Of a stretch of DNA of 55,599 bases, positions 15,929 through 25,694 are shown piece by piece (positions within the stretch are counted from its first letter, which is position 1; every line of letters begins with the position of its first letter). The position numbers and the translations under genes were made by a program. The notes below the pieces were generated by a model. The model searched no databases. It saw only the letters and a list, made by a program, of their open reading frames with translations, and had not been told where the DNA came from. The DNA comes from a virus (lineage: Duplodnaviria > Caudoviricetes), in IMG/VR virus record IMGVR_UViG_3300038974_000149, positions 1-55,599 of that record; one strand, given 5' to 3'.

Positions 15929-17419
15929 TTATGATGATTTTTTATCTTCTGATGCTTGTCTTACCGCAAACTCTAATAAGATTTCTCTTTTATTTTTATC
16001 TGGCTCTTCTAAGACTAGCTGCAACGCATTATTTAAAATAGCTCCAAACAGGGGTCCTGGTTTCAGCCCAATTCCTATCAGATCAGTACCGTTTATAGCT
16101 AAATCTTTTACACTAAGAGGCTGTTTAGTTGTTTGAATTATTCTTATTCTCTTTAATAACCTCTTAAAAGAATACGTTATTAAGGGCTTTCCTTGTTTGG
16201 CCAGATTGGCTCTTCTATCTGCTAAACGAGCTCTCAAAAGAGATTTATAGTCGGGATTTGCCATAAATCTCTTTATTGCCTTATCGCTACTTTCTTCAGT
16301 ATGATAAAACATGTGATTTCTGATAATGTTATCGACCCGCTCTATGTCATCATTTTTAAACTTTAGCCTTTTTAAAATCTTTGTGGCCATTTTAGCGCCC
16401 ACTGTTTCGTGACCATGAAAAGTATAATCTTGAATTTCTTCGTCGAATTTCATAGTTTTAACCTTACCTACATCATGCAGTAGAAGCGCCAGTCTAAGAA
16501 TTGGATCTTTCTTCTTAATCGCATCGGCTGCTAAAAAATTATGCATCAAAATCGACTCAGCATGATGTCTATTCTGTTCAACTTCGAAGCCCTCATGAAG
16601 CTCAGGAAGAACTTCTTTCATGAATCCAGTCGTGAGCATGAGAGTCAACCCTTTGATGACGCTAAAAGATTCAAACATTTTCATGAGCTCAGCGCTAATG
16701 CGTTCGGGAGCAACCTCCTTGATGAGGCCAATGTTGCGCTGGATAGCCTTGAATGACTCTAGATCTAAGTTCAGATCTTTGCTATTGGCAAATCGAATAG
16801 CGCGTAGCATTCTCATAGGATCCTGACGAATCCTCTTGTCGGGATCACCAACAAACCTGAGTGTTCTAGATTCAATGTCGGAGATACCGCCGACAAAATC
16901 AAACACTTGCTTTGTCTCAGGATCATAAGCCAATGCATTCACAGTGAAGTCTCTACGACGGACATCTTCGCTAAGAGACGATGCAATAGATACTGACGTT
17001 TCCTTAGCAGATCGTGCTTCTTCGTCATCTATTCTGTAAGTTGCAACTTCGTGACCATCTACGATGTTAACTGCAAACTTTGCACCCACAGAACCAGGGA
17101 TTCCGAAGAGCTCATGAATCTGCTTTGGATGAGCCGAAGTCACAATGTCGAAATCCTTTGGAGGTTTACCCATCAGAGCATCTCGCACACATCCGCCAAT
17201 GACATACGATTCATGTCCATTATCTTTCAGCTTCTGAATGATTGCCAAAGTCTTGGGACTAAGGTCGATGTGAAAAGGATACTTTTTCATTTCTTTTTGT
17301 TTATCCTGAAGAGTCGGTTTGCGTTCTTCTGTTTCCTCATAAACGTATTTCTTCTTACCAGTTTTGGTAGAAGTTATTCTCAAGTATTTATGATTAGGTT
17401 TAGTTTGACCTTGCTTCAT
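15929..17419 (-). CDS. cca: class II tRNA nucleotidyltransferase (CCA-adding-like) with HD domain and N-terminal GHKY-type tag
   Basis: GGCVRD..KDFDI, EDVRRRDFTVNAL, DPMRMLRAIRF, ERISAEL, LLHDVGK, LAINGTDL..GLKPGP. Confidence 0.9.
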   Translation of the reverse strand: MKQGQTKPNHKYLRITSTKTGKKKYVYEETEERKPTLQDKQKEMKKYPFHIDLSPKTLAIIQKLKDNGHESYVIGGCVRDALMGKPPKDFDIVTSAHPKQIHELFGIPGSVGAKFAVNIVDGHEVATYRIDDEEARSAKETSVSIASSLSEDVRRRDFTVNALAYDPETKQVFDFVGGISDIESRTLRFVGDPDKRIRQDPMRMLRAIRFANSKDLNLDLESFKAIQRNIGLIKEVAPERISAELMKMFESFSVIKGLTLMLTTGFMKEVLPELHEGFEVEQNRHHAESILMHNFLAADAIKKKDPILRLALLLHDVGKVKTMKFDEEIQDYTFHGHETVGAKMATKILKRLKFKNDDIERVDNIIRNHMFYHTEESSDKAIKRFMANPDYKSLLRARLADRRANLAKQGKPLITYSFKRLLKRIRIIQTTKQPLSVKDLAINGTDLIGIGLKPGPLFGAILNNALQLVLEEPDKNKREILLEFAVRQASEDKKSS

Positions 17420-17449
17420 TATTTTATCCTATTTGAAAGAGATTGTACA

Positions 17450-17821
17450 TTACCAAATAACACCGCCCGATGAAGTTGCAGGAGCAGCAGGAGGAGGTTC
17501 ATCACCATAATCTATCACTGCCATAAATGATACACCTGTAGAAAAATCACTAGGGACTGAATCTACACCTAAGTCAGCTGTTTCAGTTGAAATGATTGAA
17601 CGAATAATGCAAGGTCTTTCTACTTCAGGAGCTTCAGAGTATTCTGTTGGATTTGCAGCATAAAGATAAGTTCCATCTGAGACTATTCCTAGACATTCTA
17701 TAGCGTGAAAAAATACTTCATCAAAAGGAGGGTCTGGAGGAGGCACCGTATAAACAGGATATAGATCAAAAGCGTCTGATGTTTTTTCTCCTGTTGTTTT
17801 ATCTACTTTGTATATAAGCAT
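17450..17821 (-). CDS. beta-propeller repeat fragment, possibly the C-terminal part of the upstream gene
   Basis: GIVSDGTYLY matches the repeats of 17978-19450; ends GGVIW. Confidence 0.55.
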   Translation of the reverse strand: MLIYKVDKTTGEKTSDAFDLYPVYTVPPPDPPFDEVFFHAIECLGIVSDGTYLYAANPTEYSEAPEVERPCIIRSIISTETADLGVDSVPSDFSTGVSFMAVIDYGDEPPPAAPATSSGGVIW

Positions 17822-17851
17822 TTCTTTGTTCCTTATATTACGAATTCATAT

Positions 17852-18153
17852 TCAGATATATAAAGATCATTACTGTCGCATGTTATCGCAGCAATCTTAA
17901 ATACATCTGGGGTTAGTTCGTCAACAAAAACTAGAGGTCCTGATCCTGAATATAGTTCGAATTTTAGAATAGTTTCTTCATCTGGGAGAATGTACAAATA
18001 GCTCAGATATATAAAGATCATTACTGTCGCATGTTATCGCAGCAATCTTAAATACATCTGGGGTTAGTTCGTCAACAAAAACTAGAGGTCCTGATCCTGA
18101 ATATAGTTCGAATTTTAGAATAGTTTCTTCATCTGAAAGAATGTACAAATAGC
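17852..18153. repeat. 151-bp tandem duplication (2 copies, 2 mismatches)
   Basis: 17852-18002 matches 18003-18153; it frameshifts the propeller gene. Confidence 0.95.
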
Positions 18154-19450
18154 TATCATCGCAGCAAGGATGCGTAATGTTGTTGAAACTAGTAGAGCCA
18201 TCATAAACAGTAAAGTCATCAACAAATTCCATCGTATTTGCATCAAGAACAAGAAGTCTATCTTGTGAATCTGACAAAGTAATATAAACATAAGTTCCAT
18301 CTGTTGCGCATCCAACACAAATGCCAATATCATCAAAATAAGTATATTCTGCAATCCAAATGGCGTCTTCTATTTCACTGTTTATCTCAAACTTAGCGAT
18401 TAAAGGATAAGAATCGCCATCATTATAATGATGAGCCACATAAAAATATGTTCCATCTGTACATATTCCAGCAGGCTGAAACAGCGATACGGTCTCATCA
18501 TAAGCATGCGAAAACTTAGAAACATATGATAGATCCGAAACTAGTCTTTCAACGATTCTTAGATTGTATTGATCGAGCATGTATATGCTAGAACCGCTGA
18601 TTATAAGCATGTATGGTTCGTCAAAATTGTCATCGCCAGATCCGGGAGAACCCGCAGATGAAACAAAAGACAAATCAGATTTCAAAAACTTTTTTATCTC
18701 ACATGAGTTAGGATCAAGAGTATATAAATATGTTTCATCAACTTCGAGTCCCGAGACTGCAATTCCGATCGCAGACATCCATGTTCCGTCAAGAGTTAGA
18801 TCTGAACAGTTTATTCGTCTTAGACGTTCATTATATGTTGTATCGTAAAAGTAAACGTGGTTTCCATCTGTTGATATGTGAAATATTCCATAAAAATCGA
18901 CCGAAGGAAAAGGATCACTTACAGCTACTCCTGTCATATCTGACTTCAATAGCTTAGAAAACTGGGGAGAAGTAAACAAATCCATGTTAGACAAGTATAA
19001 ATAATCATCATCTGATCGAATTGCATGAACACCAACATTATAGACTGTCGAATCTACTTCGTATGTAGTAGTTGAGTCAACAAATGAAAGATCGTCGACG
19101 TCGAGTCTTACAATGCTAGCAACATATTCGTCTTCATCTATGTTGCTGATATATAAATAATCGTCATCGGCATGCATAGAAACAAGATAGGGGAATGCCG
19201 ACACCAACCCTTGAACGGCGACATCTTGAACAGCACCGTAGTCAGACAAGAGAACTTTATATAGTCTTCCGCTATAATCATCGTCGTCTATGTAATAGAA
19301 GAGATGCGTAGAATTTATGGCCATCATAGTAATGTTTTTAGTAGAAGATTTTGTATATTCTGTCATTTCTCCAACAGTGGTCAGACCGGGAACACTTTTT
19401 TCGACTATCTTATTATTTTGAGTGTCGCATATGTAGATTGATTTAGCCAT
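17978..19450 (-). CDS. acidic beta-propeller (NHL/YWTD-like) repeat protein, likely virion-associated
   Basis: Repeated (G)I.(T/S)D(G/D).YLY units; GSPGSGDDNFDEP is NHL-like; 3' end disturbed by the duplication. Confidence 0.7.
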   Translation of the reverse strand: MAKSIYICDTQNNKIVEKSVPGLTTVGEMTEYTKSSTKNITMMAINSTHLFYYIDDDDYSGRLYKVLLSDYGAVQDVAVQGLVSAFPYLVSMHADDDYLYISNIDEDEYVASIVRLDVDDLSFVDSTTTYEVDSTVYNVGVHAIRSDDDYLYLSNMDLFTSPQFSKLLKSDMTGVAVSDPFPSVDFYGIFHISTDGNHVYFYDTTYNERLRRINCSDLTLDGTWMSAIGIAVSGLEVDETYLYTLDPNSCEIKKFLKSDLSFVSSAGSPGSGDDNFDEPYMLIISGSSIYMLDQYNLRIVERLVSDLSYVSKFSHAYDETVSLFQPAGICTDGTYFYVAHHYNDGDSYPLIAKFEINSEIEDAIWIAEYTYFDDIGICVGCATDGTYVYITLSDSQDRLLVLDANTMEFVDDFTVYDGSTSFNNITHPCCDDSYLYILSDEETILKFELYSGSGPLVFVDELTPDVFKIAAITCDSNDLYISELFVHSPR

Positions 19451-19459
19451 TTATTTCTC

Positions 19460-20635
19460 CTACCATATTATATTTCCATGAGTCGTTTCGGGAAAAGTGC
19501 TGGGCCAAGGAGCCGCAGAAACCTCATTGCTTGGATCAGATTCTAATCCTAATGCATCTAAATAAGCTACTACAATATAATAATAGTCTACGCCAACCAG
19601 CAAATCGGTATGCTCATAAGGGCTAATCACATCGGCTATCTCTGTGTCTGCCGTCGTTACACCAGGAAAGAAACTCCAATAAATGTTGAATGTTATCGCA
19701 TCTGGATTTATCTCGAGTAGACCGAAAGAATCATAAATAGGTTCGACGGCATTCCAGTTTCTCACAAGAACATTATCAATCCAGACAACCTCGCCAGCTG
19801 CTAAAGACGCAACTATCTCGAAGTTTCCAGAATAACTCCCAGTAGTTTGCATAGGAGTGCTCTGTTTCGCTAAAGATCCCGCAACGTAATAATCATATGT
19901 GTAGGCGGTCCAGTTCCAGTTTCTAAACTCCAGTTCATACCATATTCCCTGATATATATCTAGCCCTGTATCATGAACAGATCCATCATAATATCTTATG
20001 TCTGTATTTTGAATATAGGCATTCATTATTTTAGTGCCATTTCCGTGTCTAAAATAAGGGCCGCCAGTAGTATAATTCTTGAACATTCTACACTGTATTG
20101 CAATATTTTCACTTGCGGGACATAATATTCTCATGTCTGGAGCAACACCAGTATTTTCAAATCTAGCACTTCTAGTTCCTGAATAACAATACGTCGTTGA
20201 AATCGTTACATTCCCAGCAATGCTAAACCAATCACCATCTATTGGACCTCCATTGCTTCCTCGTTCAAAATCATCAAAAACAATAAATGTATCTGCACCG
20301 CTAGAAGCAGAAACAGCAGAATCATTTCCAAAATACATGTAAAATGTAGTAGATGTTGTTGCTATCGAATCAAGCTTTATCCAAACATCAGCTCTTTGAT
20401 TGGGATTTGTTCCCGAAATCAATTCAATCCAATATGGAAGAAGAGTTTCGCCGTCTGAGGTTGTAAATCTCAGGTCAGAAAAATCAGATTTGCAAGCAGA
20501 ATTGCAACTTATTTGTCTTCCTGACGTTGAAGTTGATTGACCGACATAAAGTTTCATCTGATAGTCTGTTAGGATTCCCGACGAATGACTTACAGTGAAC
20601 TCTTTTCTAAAATTCCAGCCCGATAACCATGCCAT
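19460..20635 (-). CDS. DUF2341-domain protein with lectin-like middle and C-terminal half of an FN3 domain
   Basis: MAWLSGW.FRK start, DFSDLRFT.SDG.TLLPYWIE, VWIK, YMYFGN, F.VFDDF; C-terminal YYYIVVA...ESDPSNEVSA. Confidence 0.8.
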   Translation of the reverse strand: MAWLSGWNFRKEFTVSHSSGILTDYQMKLYVGQSTSTSGRQISCNSACKSDFSDLRFTTSDGETLLPYWIELISGTNPNQRADVWIKLDSIATTSTTFYMYFGNDSAVSASSGADTFIVFDDFERGSNGGPIDGDWFSIAGNVTISTTYCYSGTRSARFENTGVAPDMRILCPASENIAIQCRMFKNYTTGGPYFRHGNGTKIMNAYIQNTDIRYYDGSVHDTGLDIYQGIWYELEFRNWNWTAYTYDYYVAGSLAKQSTPMQTTGSYSGNFEIVASLAAGEVVWIDNVLVRNWNAVEPIYDSFGLLEINPDAITFNIYWSFFPGVTTADTEIADVISPYEHTDLLVGVDYYYIVVAYLDALGLESDPSNEVSAAPWPSTFPETTHGNIIW

Positions 20636-21531
20636 TACGAATGAGTCCAAGAAATAATATTTTTCAATCTCTCAGGAGAAGCTGATGCAACAGGAGGATT
20701 TATCGATGAAGGAGAAGGGTCGGCGTCATATAATGTATAAACCGTTGTTCCAGCTAGAGCAAATGTTTTTCCGTTAGAGGTCCAAGCACCGGGATAAATA
20801 CCGGCCGAGGGGATGTTTGTTGTAAGAATATCCCAAGCTGCAACTCCATACCGTTTTCTATATACTGTGCTATTTACTCTAGTATCCGACATATATAAAT
20901 CACCATTAGGATCTTTTCTTATTCTACTATAAGACATTGCACCAGCAGGAGAAAAAGCACATTCAGTAAATACCTTCGTTGTTCTATTGAAAGAAAATAT
21001 TTTCCCTCCAGTATATGGAGCCGAACCATTATATGAAGTACACCATATTATATTATCATCTGCTGGGTCTACATGAATACCTACCATTGAATAAGGAGGA
21101 TTCACCACTGGACTATTGGCTTGCTTTACAAAAGCAGATGTATCTGTAGAACTCTTCGACCATATTCCTCCCGCCGTGGTGAGCGCGTACAACATTCCGT
21201 CATTAGTTATTGTTATACCGTGGCAGTTAGGCAGCGTCGAACCAGAAATGTATGCAGAAACATTTGTTGTTCCATCAATCTTTATAACACCATTAGCCCA
21301 AGTAATAATAAACTTATCATTATTAGATTCTTTCAGGCACATATCGGCATTATAATCACCCGTATTAGATTTTCCAATAAAACGAACGAAATCTACCTGT
21401 CCTGGATTCATACAAAATATTAGACCATTGGAACTATACGCAGAAGCAAAAACGACATCGCTGTTATCTACTAACAGTGTGTTGCAGGACTGCACAAGCG
21501 TGTCATACTCATAAAAATCAAAATCAGCCAC
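20635..21531 (-). CDS. beta-propeller-like virion protein
   Basis: Beta-rich repeats (GITITNDGMLY, IHVDP, KDPNGDLY). Confidence 0.6.
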   Translation of the reverse strand: MADFDFYEYDTLVQSCNTLLVDNSDVVFASAYSSNGLIFCMNPGQVDFVRFIGKSNTGDYNADMCLKESNNDKFIITWANGVIKIDGTTNVSAYISGSTLPNCHGITITNDGMLYALTTAGGIWSKSSTDTSAFVKQANSPVVNPPYSMVGIHVDPADDNIIWCTSYNGSAPYTGGKIFSFNRTTKVFTECAFSPAGAMSYSRIRKDPNGDLYMSDTRVNSTVYRKRYGVAAWDILTTNIPSAGIYPGAWTSNGKTFALAGTTVYTLYDADPSPSSINPPVASASPERLKNIISWTHS

Positions 21532-21896
21532 TAGAACTCCTTTAAGCCAGAACCGCTATAAAGAAAAGCAGGTTTACCCTTTTGTTTCGCTTGAGCGAGC
21601 ATGTTTTTGGTTCCTTTACTTTCATTGATGTTATAGTGAAAACCTACAACAACATCGGGCTTACCTTCTTTGAGCATTTGAGAGTTACGAATAGGACCAG
21701 CAGCTCGGCCGAACTTTTCCCAGTTAGCCGGATACTTTTCAACAGCGATGTTCATTTCTTCACCGACCTCACGAGCAAGAGAATCAGCACTGGGAGCTTC
21801 GCCTTCAATGATTACATTAGGCTGAAACTTTTCCACAACGCGTTTTATAGCAACTTTGTCGTACCAACGCCGGTCACCGCAGATGAGTAATCTCAT
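21531..21896 (-). CDS. YspA-like SLOG-superfamily (DUF2493) protein
   Basis: LLICGDR, IIEGEA.SAD, ANWEKFGRAAGPIRNSQML, SKGTKNM. Confidence 0.85.
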   Translation of the reverse strand: MRLLICGDRRWYDKVAIKRVVEKFQPNVIIEGEAPSADSLAREVGEEMNIAVEKYPANWEKFGRAAGPIRNSQMLKEGKPDVVVGFHYNINESKGTKNMLAQAKQKGKPAFLYSGSGLKEF

Positions 21897-21924
21897 TTAG
21901 CCCTCCTTTATTCGTAAAGTTTTA

Positions 21925-22089
21925 TTATAAATCTTCTCGCCAAGATAGTACATCATTATTTTCGTGCTTATTGAACTTAGTTACTGGCTTCTTGCTTCCA
22001 AAGCGCTTGAAGTGCTTCTTTTTAGTTTTCGTAGAACGTTGAATTTTTTCAATCATTTTCTCATCTTCTTTTTCGTTGAAGAAATCCAT
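21925..22089 (-). CDS. small basic protein (not in ORF track)
   Basis: 54 aa MDFFNEKEDEKMIEKIQRSTKTKKKHFKRF...; AGGAG RBS. Confidence 0.55.
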   Translation of the reverse strand: MDFFNEKEDEKMIEKIQRSTKTKKKHFKRFGSKKPVTKFNKHENNDVLSWREDL

Positions 22090-22099
22090 AGTGTTCTCC

Positions 22100-22597
22100 T
22101 TATGCTATCATTTGATTGTTGAACCTACTAAGTATTTTATCACGGTTTGCGAAATGTTCCATCCCGTTACTAATAATAGCAAAGGGCTGTTGAGGTATTA
22201 GTTTGTCTGTTGAAATCGAGTACATCACATCGTCTTTGCTATAAGAGACTCTACGTTTGAATGATTTACCCGAGAGTGTCTTTACTCGTTTCGTATCGTT
22301 TATAATGATGAGTTTCAAATCAGACGATAAGACCTCGCAGTACTTTATCAAGCCAGCTTTTCTATAGACCACGTTGAGACACAAATAGAGCTCTTCATCA
22401 TAAAGAACCCAATCTACGTGTGCTATTTTTCCAGAGTATTTATCTTTTAGAAGCGGAAGTTTCCAGTTTTGTTCGAACACTGGTGTAAACATTTTCATTT
22501 GTTGTGCGTATTTTTTAGCATTTACAATGTATTTCTTTGTTGAAACTATTTTATTTTTCAAATCCGGGAGAAGCAGAAGTTCAGTCAAAGATTGCAT
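22100..22597 (-). CDS. hypothetical protein
   Basis: 165-aa ORF in the operon. Confidence 0.65.
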   Translation of the reverse strand: MQSLTELLLLPDLKNKIVSTKKYIVNAKKYAQQMKMFTPVFEQNWKLPLLKDKYSGKIAHVDWVLYDEELYLCLNVVYRKAGLIKYCEVLSSDLKLIIINDTKRVKTLSGKSFKRRVSYSKDDVMYSISTDKLIPQQPFAIISNGMEHFANRDKILSRFNNQMIA

Positions 22598-22599
22598 GT

Positions 22600-23115
22600 C
22601 TACCTCGATTTAGAGATTGATAGTGTGCTTTTTATGATGTTTCCCTTGTTTATCTTCATTACTTTAGATTTTCTTATTATAGCTACATTGATTGATTTAT
22701 CTTTTTTATAGTACATTGAAATAGCTTTAGCAAGTCTACGAGCTGTTCTGCTTGTATAGCTAAGAAATAAATCGTCCTTATTTAGCTGGTTGTAAATCAT
22801 GACAGCATAAAGAGCCTTCGTTTCAGGCTTTACAGCCTTCGATTTCTCTATAGCCATACTAAAGCCTTCAATAAAGAAATCATTAGGATGATGAACTTTA
22901 TAGTCTACAAGCTGTTCATAGAGAGTCTTATACTGGTCTAATGAGAGGTTCTTTCCCTTGTAGAGGATAGTATAAAGAGCCTTGAAGATAGCAAAGTTAC
23001 GAAAGTATCCAACAGCTTTGAGAATACTAGTTATGTTTTCCTCATCGGAAGCTAAAACTATGTCGGGATGTAGAAATCGAAGACTTCTAGATTTTATCAG
23101 TTGTTTAGCTATCAT
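22600..23115 (-). CDS. basic hypothetical protein rich in xxK[S/A] sites
   Basis: LIKS, ILKA, IFKA, IEKS, LAKA, IRKS, IIKS, ISKS. Confidence 0.7.
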   Translation of the reverse strand: MIAKQLIKSRSLRFLHPDIVLASDEENITSILKAVGYFRNFAIFKALYTILYKGKNLSLDQYKTLYEQLVDYKVHHPNDFFIEGFSMAIEKSKAVKPETKALYAVMIYNQLNKDDLFLSYTSRTARRLAKAISMYYKKDKSINVAIIRKSKVMKINKGNIIKSTLSISKSR

Positions 23116-25694
23116 TAGTCTTCTTCGTAAGCCTCAGCTTGTCTATCTAGCTCGTCATCACGAATCTTTTGAACTTCCTCAGCCGACAATGTTCGAGGCT
23201 TTATAGATTCCTTAGGAGTAAGTAGACCTGGAACCACAACATACTCTCGTTCATTTGAATAAGCCCAATAATCTTCATTTTCCCACGAATTGGCTAACAG
23301 AATAGCTTTTGCAGGAACCTCGGCTTCTGAGATAACTTTTCCAAATCGTTCAGCGACTATCTTGTCTTCTGTCCACGATGACGCTGCAGACTTTATTTCA
23401 CTATTTCCATTTCCTCTATAAAGAACTCGAGGAGCATCTTGAATGGTGCGCTGAGTATTTTCATACACTCGACTGACTGCATCTGATAATGCTTCTCTAA
23501 CTTTGACGTTTCTCGAGGTTGTTACTCTATTAGATGCCACGTGATAGTTAACGTAAGTTCCTCTGTCTATTCCATTTTCTTCTACAAACTGTTCGATTGC
23601 ATTACTCATAGTAGAGCCATGAGATGCATTTGACCACAGTTTTATGAAAGCAGCTTCTTTAGACACAATGGGAACATCTTTATTGAGAAGAAGCATTGTG
23701 TTCATGGCGGCTTCAAATGTATTAGTCTGCGATGGTGGCAGATAAGAAAGAGACTGCAATGAATCTTCGTCAGAATAAATGTCTACACCGTCTTTAGCTC
23801 TTGTTAGTAGTTCCACGAAGTGCTGATAAGAACCCTTGTTTACATCGTGGCCAGATAGAAATCCACCAATAGCAAAAATAGAATCACGAAAATACTTGTC
23901 CAATCCATGCATGTCGATGTATGCAAATGCTTTTTCGGTCGAATCATAGAAAGAGAGCGAGTTGTTTACATTCATTGATAAAAATGCGAATCCACTATTC
24001 TTAGCGATGTTAGAAAGATGATTTTTCATTATGTTTTCGTCGATAGCTTCTAAGTCTCTTACTTTATCTACGACTTTACCGACCGCATGAGAATAAGTTC
24101 TCATTGCACCATCGTAGATTCCCTTTTCTTTCACGTTCCACTGATTTGCGAATGCTTTCATGTCGTAAGAAACTGCTGAAGCTCTCATTGAGTCGCTGAT
24201 GAATAAACCAAAGCTTTCTATCATCTTGCTTGCGAAATGTATTTCTTCGGCGTCTTTCAGGCTTTCAACTGCAGGGATTAGATGGTCTAAGTAGAATCTA
24301 AATCCGTTCTTTACGAATCTGTCTCGAAGTTTCATCATGGTGTCGACTGATTTATAGATTTCATCCATCATAAAGTCGATTCGAGGGTCTGAACCCTGAA
24401 GCCATGAGTAGTCGCCAACTTCATCGTCGAATCGTTTTATTGCATCTTTTATTTGTTCAACTGTTTCGTTGAACTTGTCGGCAATCTTTATGTTTCCCGC
24501 ATTTGCACTGATTTTTTTCGCCATGTCGACTTGAAAAATCTTTTCAACCTTACCGCTGTTTAAAAATGCATTTATTGCGACAGCTTTTTCATAGACACCT
24601 GAAAGACCTGCTATAGCTTTCCTTACATCATTCTGAGCTACTGGGCTGAGTTTCTTGTCGACGACCGCAATGTCTTCATTTCCACTCTGACTGAAAGTTG
24701 TTATGTTCAGAACCCTAAGTGTTTTATTGACATTATTGATAGTAGGACCATCTACATCAGAACCAAAAATCTGTTGCCCTACTCCTATTCCTGTTTGAGT
24801 GGCTCTGCTTTCAAGCTTTGAAATCCATTGCTCGGCTGTTATTCCTTTTGTAAAGTCGGGGATTCCTTCGGGAACTCGTCTAAACTCCTGGAAGGGCAAC
24901 TGCTTTTTCGGAGCCTTTTCTTCTGAGGGACCTTGCTTCTTTCCAATGAGAGCAGCGAGCTGTTCCATGAGCCCGCCCTTGCCCTTCTTTTCATCCTCTT
25001 TCTTGGGACCCTTTTCTTTAGGTTCCGTGTAGATGTATTTGTATTGACCGGGCGAACCCTCACGACGTAGATACTTATGACCGGGCTTTTCCTCACCCTT
25101 CTTTGATTTGAACAAATCATCTTCCTCTGATTTATTCACATAACCCCAGCAAACTAGAAGCTTAGAAATAGCAGACATCAAATAAGAGTCCATGTCATGT
25201 CTTGGCTCACGAATCATTCTAACTAGCTCGTGAATGGGAACCCAGATGTTCGTAGATTTCTTTTCAAAAATAGAACCATCAGTTGTAGGTTTTCCCTGAT
25301 GAAGTCCCGTCACATCTACGATGCATAGTACGTCTGCGTTTTTATAGAAGCCACCAGCTATGATTTCACCTATCTCCGAGAAATAACGAGGTTCTGCAAG
25401 TATTCCGGCTTCCTCGAGAAGTTCTCTACGAGCAGCTCCTCTCCATCCATCATCATCGGCATCCATTCTACCAGTTATGATTGACAACATTGTGTCGTGA
25501 ATGGGAGTATACTCATCTCTAATAAGAACTTCTCTGCCATTTGTGCCCATTCGATAAGGGATTATTGCAACACCTTTACGATTATCTTCATACACGTACC
25601 CTGTCTTGTCTTCCTGCATAATAGTTTTATGAGGATTATTTAGCAGGGTCTTGTCTTTTCTTACGAATGTTATACCCTTAAGATTTATCAACAT
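23115..25694 (-). CDS. multidomain protein: Nudix hydrolase + GHKY tag + helical region + ADP-ribosyltransferase-like domain
   Basis: Nudix box GRMDADDDGWRGAARRELLEEAGI; C-terminal LYRG...SSWT...EREY R-S-E pattern; likely start MLINLK at 25694. Confidence 0.75.
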   Translation of the reverse strand: MLINLKGITFVRKDKTLLNNPHKTIMQEDKTGYVYEDNRKGVAIIPYRMGTNGREVLIRDEYTPIHDTMLSIITGRMDADDDGWRGAARRELLEEAGILAEPRYFSEIGEIIAGGFYKNADVLCIVDVTGLHQGKPTTDGSIFEKKSTNIWVPIHELVRMIREPRHDMDSYLMSAISKLLVCWGYVNKSEEDDLFKSKKGEEKPGHKYLRREGSPGQYKYIYTEPKEKGPKKEDEKKGKGGLMEQLAALIGKKQGPSEEKAPKKQLPFQEFRRVPEGIPDFTKGITAEQWISKLESRATQTGIGVGQQIFGSDVDGPTINNVNKTLRVLNITTFSQSGNEDIAVVDKKLSPVAQNDVRKAIAGLSGVYEKAVAINAFLNSGKVEKIFQVDMAKKISANAGNIKIADKFNETVEQIKDAIKRFDDEVGDYSWLQGSDPRIDFMMDEIYKSVDTMMKLRDRFVKNGFRFYLDHLIPAVESLKDAEEIHFASKMIESFGLFISDSMRASAVSYDMKAFANQWNVKEKGIYDGAMRTYSHAVGKVVDKVRDLEAIDENIMKNHLSNIAKNSGFAFLSMNVNNSLSFYDSTEKAFAYIDMHGLDKYFRDSIFAIGGFLSGHDVNKGSYQHFVELLTRAKDGVDIYSDEDSLQSLSYLPPSQTNTFEAAMNTMLLLNKDVPIVSKEAAFIKLWSNASHGSTMSNAIEQFVEENGIDRGTYVNYHVASNRVTTSRNVKVREALSDAVSRVYENTQRTIQDAPRVLYRGNGNSEIKSAASSWTEDKIVAERFGKVISEAEVPAKAILLANSWENEDYWAYSNEREYVVVPGLLTPKESIKPRTLSAEEVQKIRDDELDRQAEAYEED

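Noticed and set aside
17421-17449. TGTACA-17bp-TAAAAT promoter-like match before the CCA gene
   Set aside because: The -10 is only 1 nt from the start codon and overlaps the RBS region, so the transcript would begin inside the gene; probably chance or vestigial.
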